A stretch of DNA of 64,000 nt from Lingula anatina (lineage: Eukaryota > Animalia > Brachiopoda): the NCBI GenBank assembly GCA_051362555.1, contig CM120641.1, positions 24,620,401 to 24,684,400 of the forward strand. The letters run 5' to 3'. The position numbers were made by a program, and so were the translations under genes. The first letter of the stretch is position 1, and each line of letters starts with the position of its first letter. Under the pieces are notes generated by a model that was not told the origin of the DNA, did no database searches, and saw only the letters and a list, made by a program, of their open reading frames with translations. Below, piece by piece: positions 62,053 through 64,000 of this stretch.

Positions 62053-64000
62053 TTAGAAGCCGTCGTTGTGAAGTTTTGCTATTTCAATGTTAAGCCAGGT
62101 GGAGCCCTGTGAAAAAATGAAAACAAAACATTTAATTCAGATCAAATCTATCCCAAAAATGGTCTACCATAAAAGCATACACACCAAATCCAGCAGTTTT
62201 GTTGATAGAAGCTATGACTGAATGCCAGTGACTTTCATTGAGAGGCAATTAATATTTTTTAAAAAATCAAAGAAATTCTAAAGAGTAATGGCAAATTAAA
62301 AGTGTATTTGTAATACATATAAAAAGAAGCAAGAATACTAAAAAAATAACTTTTCATCTAGAAAAACTATGCAAGTAAACATACTACAACTATCTCAGCA
62401 AGAAAAAAAATTCACAACAAAGAGAAATGGTACTGAAGTGACTGTGTACAGGGTTACAGAAAAAAATAACAGCCTTCTTAATGATATTATTTCCTACCAA
62501 CTATCCAACTACAAAATTCGAATAAAATTCTAATTTTTATATTCCAACTAAATACACTTTCTTCAGATCACCCTTTTTTTGCATGGCTAAGGCTGAATGA
62601 ACTGCTATATGCACAACTTGCATTTTTTTCTTTAATATGCAATTGGGATAATAATTCAATTACAAAATTCCAATAACAAATTTCATTATAATATATTTTA
62701 CTACAGGTTATCTACCTAAAAAACGAAAATATGAAGATTCAACGCAATGAAAACCCTGTACACTATCATTTCAAGTTACCAAGTAACAGAAAAGAAAGAA
62801 AAAGCAGATTTTTTTGAAAAAAATCTTAAGTGACAAATCACATCTTTTTCTTTCTCCGCGTTATGGTTCTTTGGCTTTGTCATGGTTATAATGAATATAA
62901 AAAGGAAAAGGAAAAGGAGCTGGTTTAAAAAGTAAAGTCTAAAATTAAGAATCATATCCTTTTCTTTCTCCTCTTATTATTTTTGGACCTTATTTTGACT
63001 GTGATAACAGTGGCAGTGTGGTGGTCACTCACAGAGGTACTAATGGAGTCTTCCTCCGTAGTATTACTGTACAATCTTGGGCGGCGGACAGGCTCGGGCA
63101 GTGTAGGGTAGGGCTCAAACTGACCACTGTCTATACCAGAAAAGTCAGAGTCCATCTCTCCCAAGTCAACTGCACTAACCACACCACTGTGCTCCAGACC
63201 TCTGTAAAATAAATGTCATATCTATTTATTTACATGTCTATTCATTTTGATTATTAATGATTGTACATTTTACAATAAGTAAGCTATATTATAGTCAGAA
63301 TACTGAAGATGAGGAAAATACTAAAATTAGCTAAGCTGAAAACCTAGACCTGGATAAAGATTCTTTTGTGTGTGTGTGTACTTCACTAATTTTTTCCAAA
63401 AAATTAATATCACACTATAAATAATTATGTTAAACTACAGTTAAATTTGTAATAACATGAAAATACCTTGCATTATGCTTTAATTATTTTTAAAAATTCA
63501 AAGGACAATGATAAATCATTTCATAAACTGCCATTAAAGAAAACAATTACATGTCCATTGAACTTGTAATGTAAAATAACAGTTTCAAAATAATTGATCT
63601 ATTAAATTGCCACACTAAAGAAAAGCAGAATAGTCTTAAATTAAAATTTCAAACCCATATTCTTATCTACCTATCTCTTCTTTGGTCAGAAGAATTTTTT
63701 ATGTTCACGCTCCAGTGGTCATTGGTAACAGACATCTGCTGCTGCCCACTGCTACCATACTCCCTCTGATGAGAATTTGGTGGCGCCTGCCTATTAGGCA
63801 AATGCTCACTGCTACTGTATGCCTCCTGGCAAGCATTTAGTGGCCTCTGCCCAGTAGTTGAGCCCTCACTGGCCCCATAAGTCCTGTCATAAGGCTTGGG
63901 AGGAGGCAGGCCTGTAGCTTGTGTGAGGTACTTGTCTATCAGCTTATCAGCGTATCTTCTCTCCTCTGGGGACAACTTGTTAGGCTCTGTGTCCCTGGAA
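62053..64000 (-). CDS. 3' end of an unidentified protein-coding gene (low-complexity, Ser/Pro-rich C-terminus)
   Basis: Exons >64000-63671, 63201-63033 and 62106-62053 are GT-AG and phase-consistent. They give ...KLSPEERRYADKLIDKYLTQATGLPPPKPYDRTYG...SSDQRRDR-GLEHSGVVSAVDLGEMDSDFSGIDSGQFEPYP...EEDSISTS-GSTWLNIEIAKLHNDGF*. GC content is higher than the flanks. No domain was recognised. Confidence 0.75.

Overview
This is AT-rich, intron-rich animal DNA, most likely a lophotrochozoan such as a mollusc; that taxonomic call is inferred from the gene and repeat types. I reconstructed five protein-coding genes by hand from GT-AG splice sites and phase continuity. (1) The 5' part of a PH-domain (PLEKHB/evectin-like) gene on the minus strand, head-to-head with (2) a complete 23-exon glucosidase II alpha gene (GANAB, 2564-18569, +). 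(3) A complete 5-exon IkappaB/cactus gene (25181-22386, -) surrounded by NF-kB site clusters. (4) A complete FSTL4/5-like gene with 15 coding exons (30873-56427, +) and a large Lys/Glu/His-rich insert. (5) The 3' end of an unidentified minus-strand gene (62053-64000). Mobile DNA includes a 2.8-kb non-autonomous Helentron-like element carrying about 11 copies of a 146-bp monomer packed with nuclear-receptor sites, an internally deleted Tc1 element, and four MITEs that all show 5-bp target-site duplications. It also includes a Penelope-like GIY-YIG remnant followed by a degenerate hammerhead-ribozyme motif, foldback hairpins and microsatellites. Most ORF-track entries are spurious or exon fragments. 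No database searches were run; similarity statements come from recalled family knowledge.
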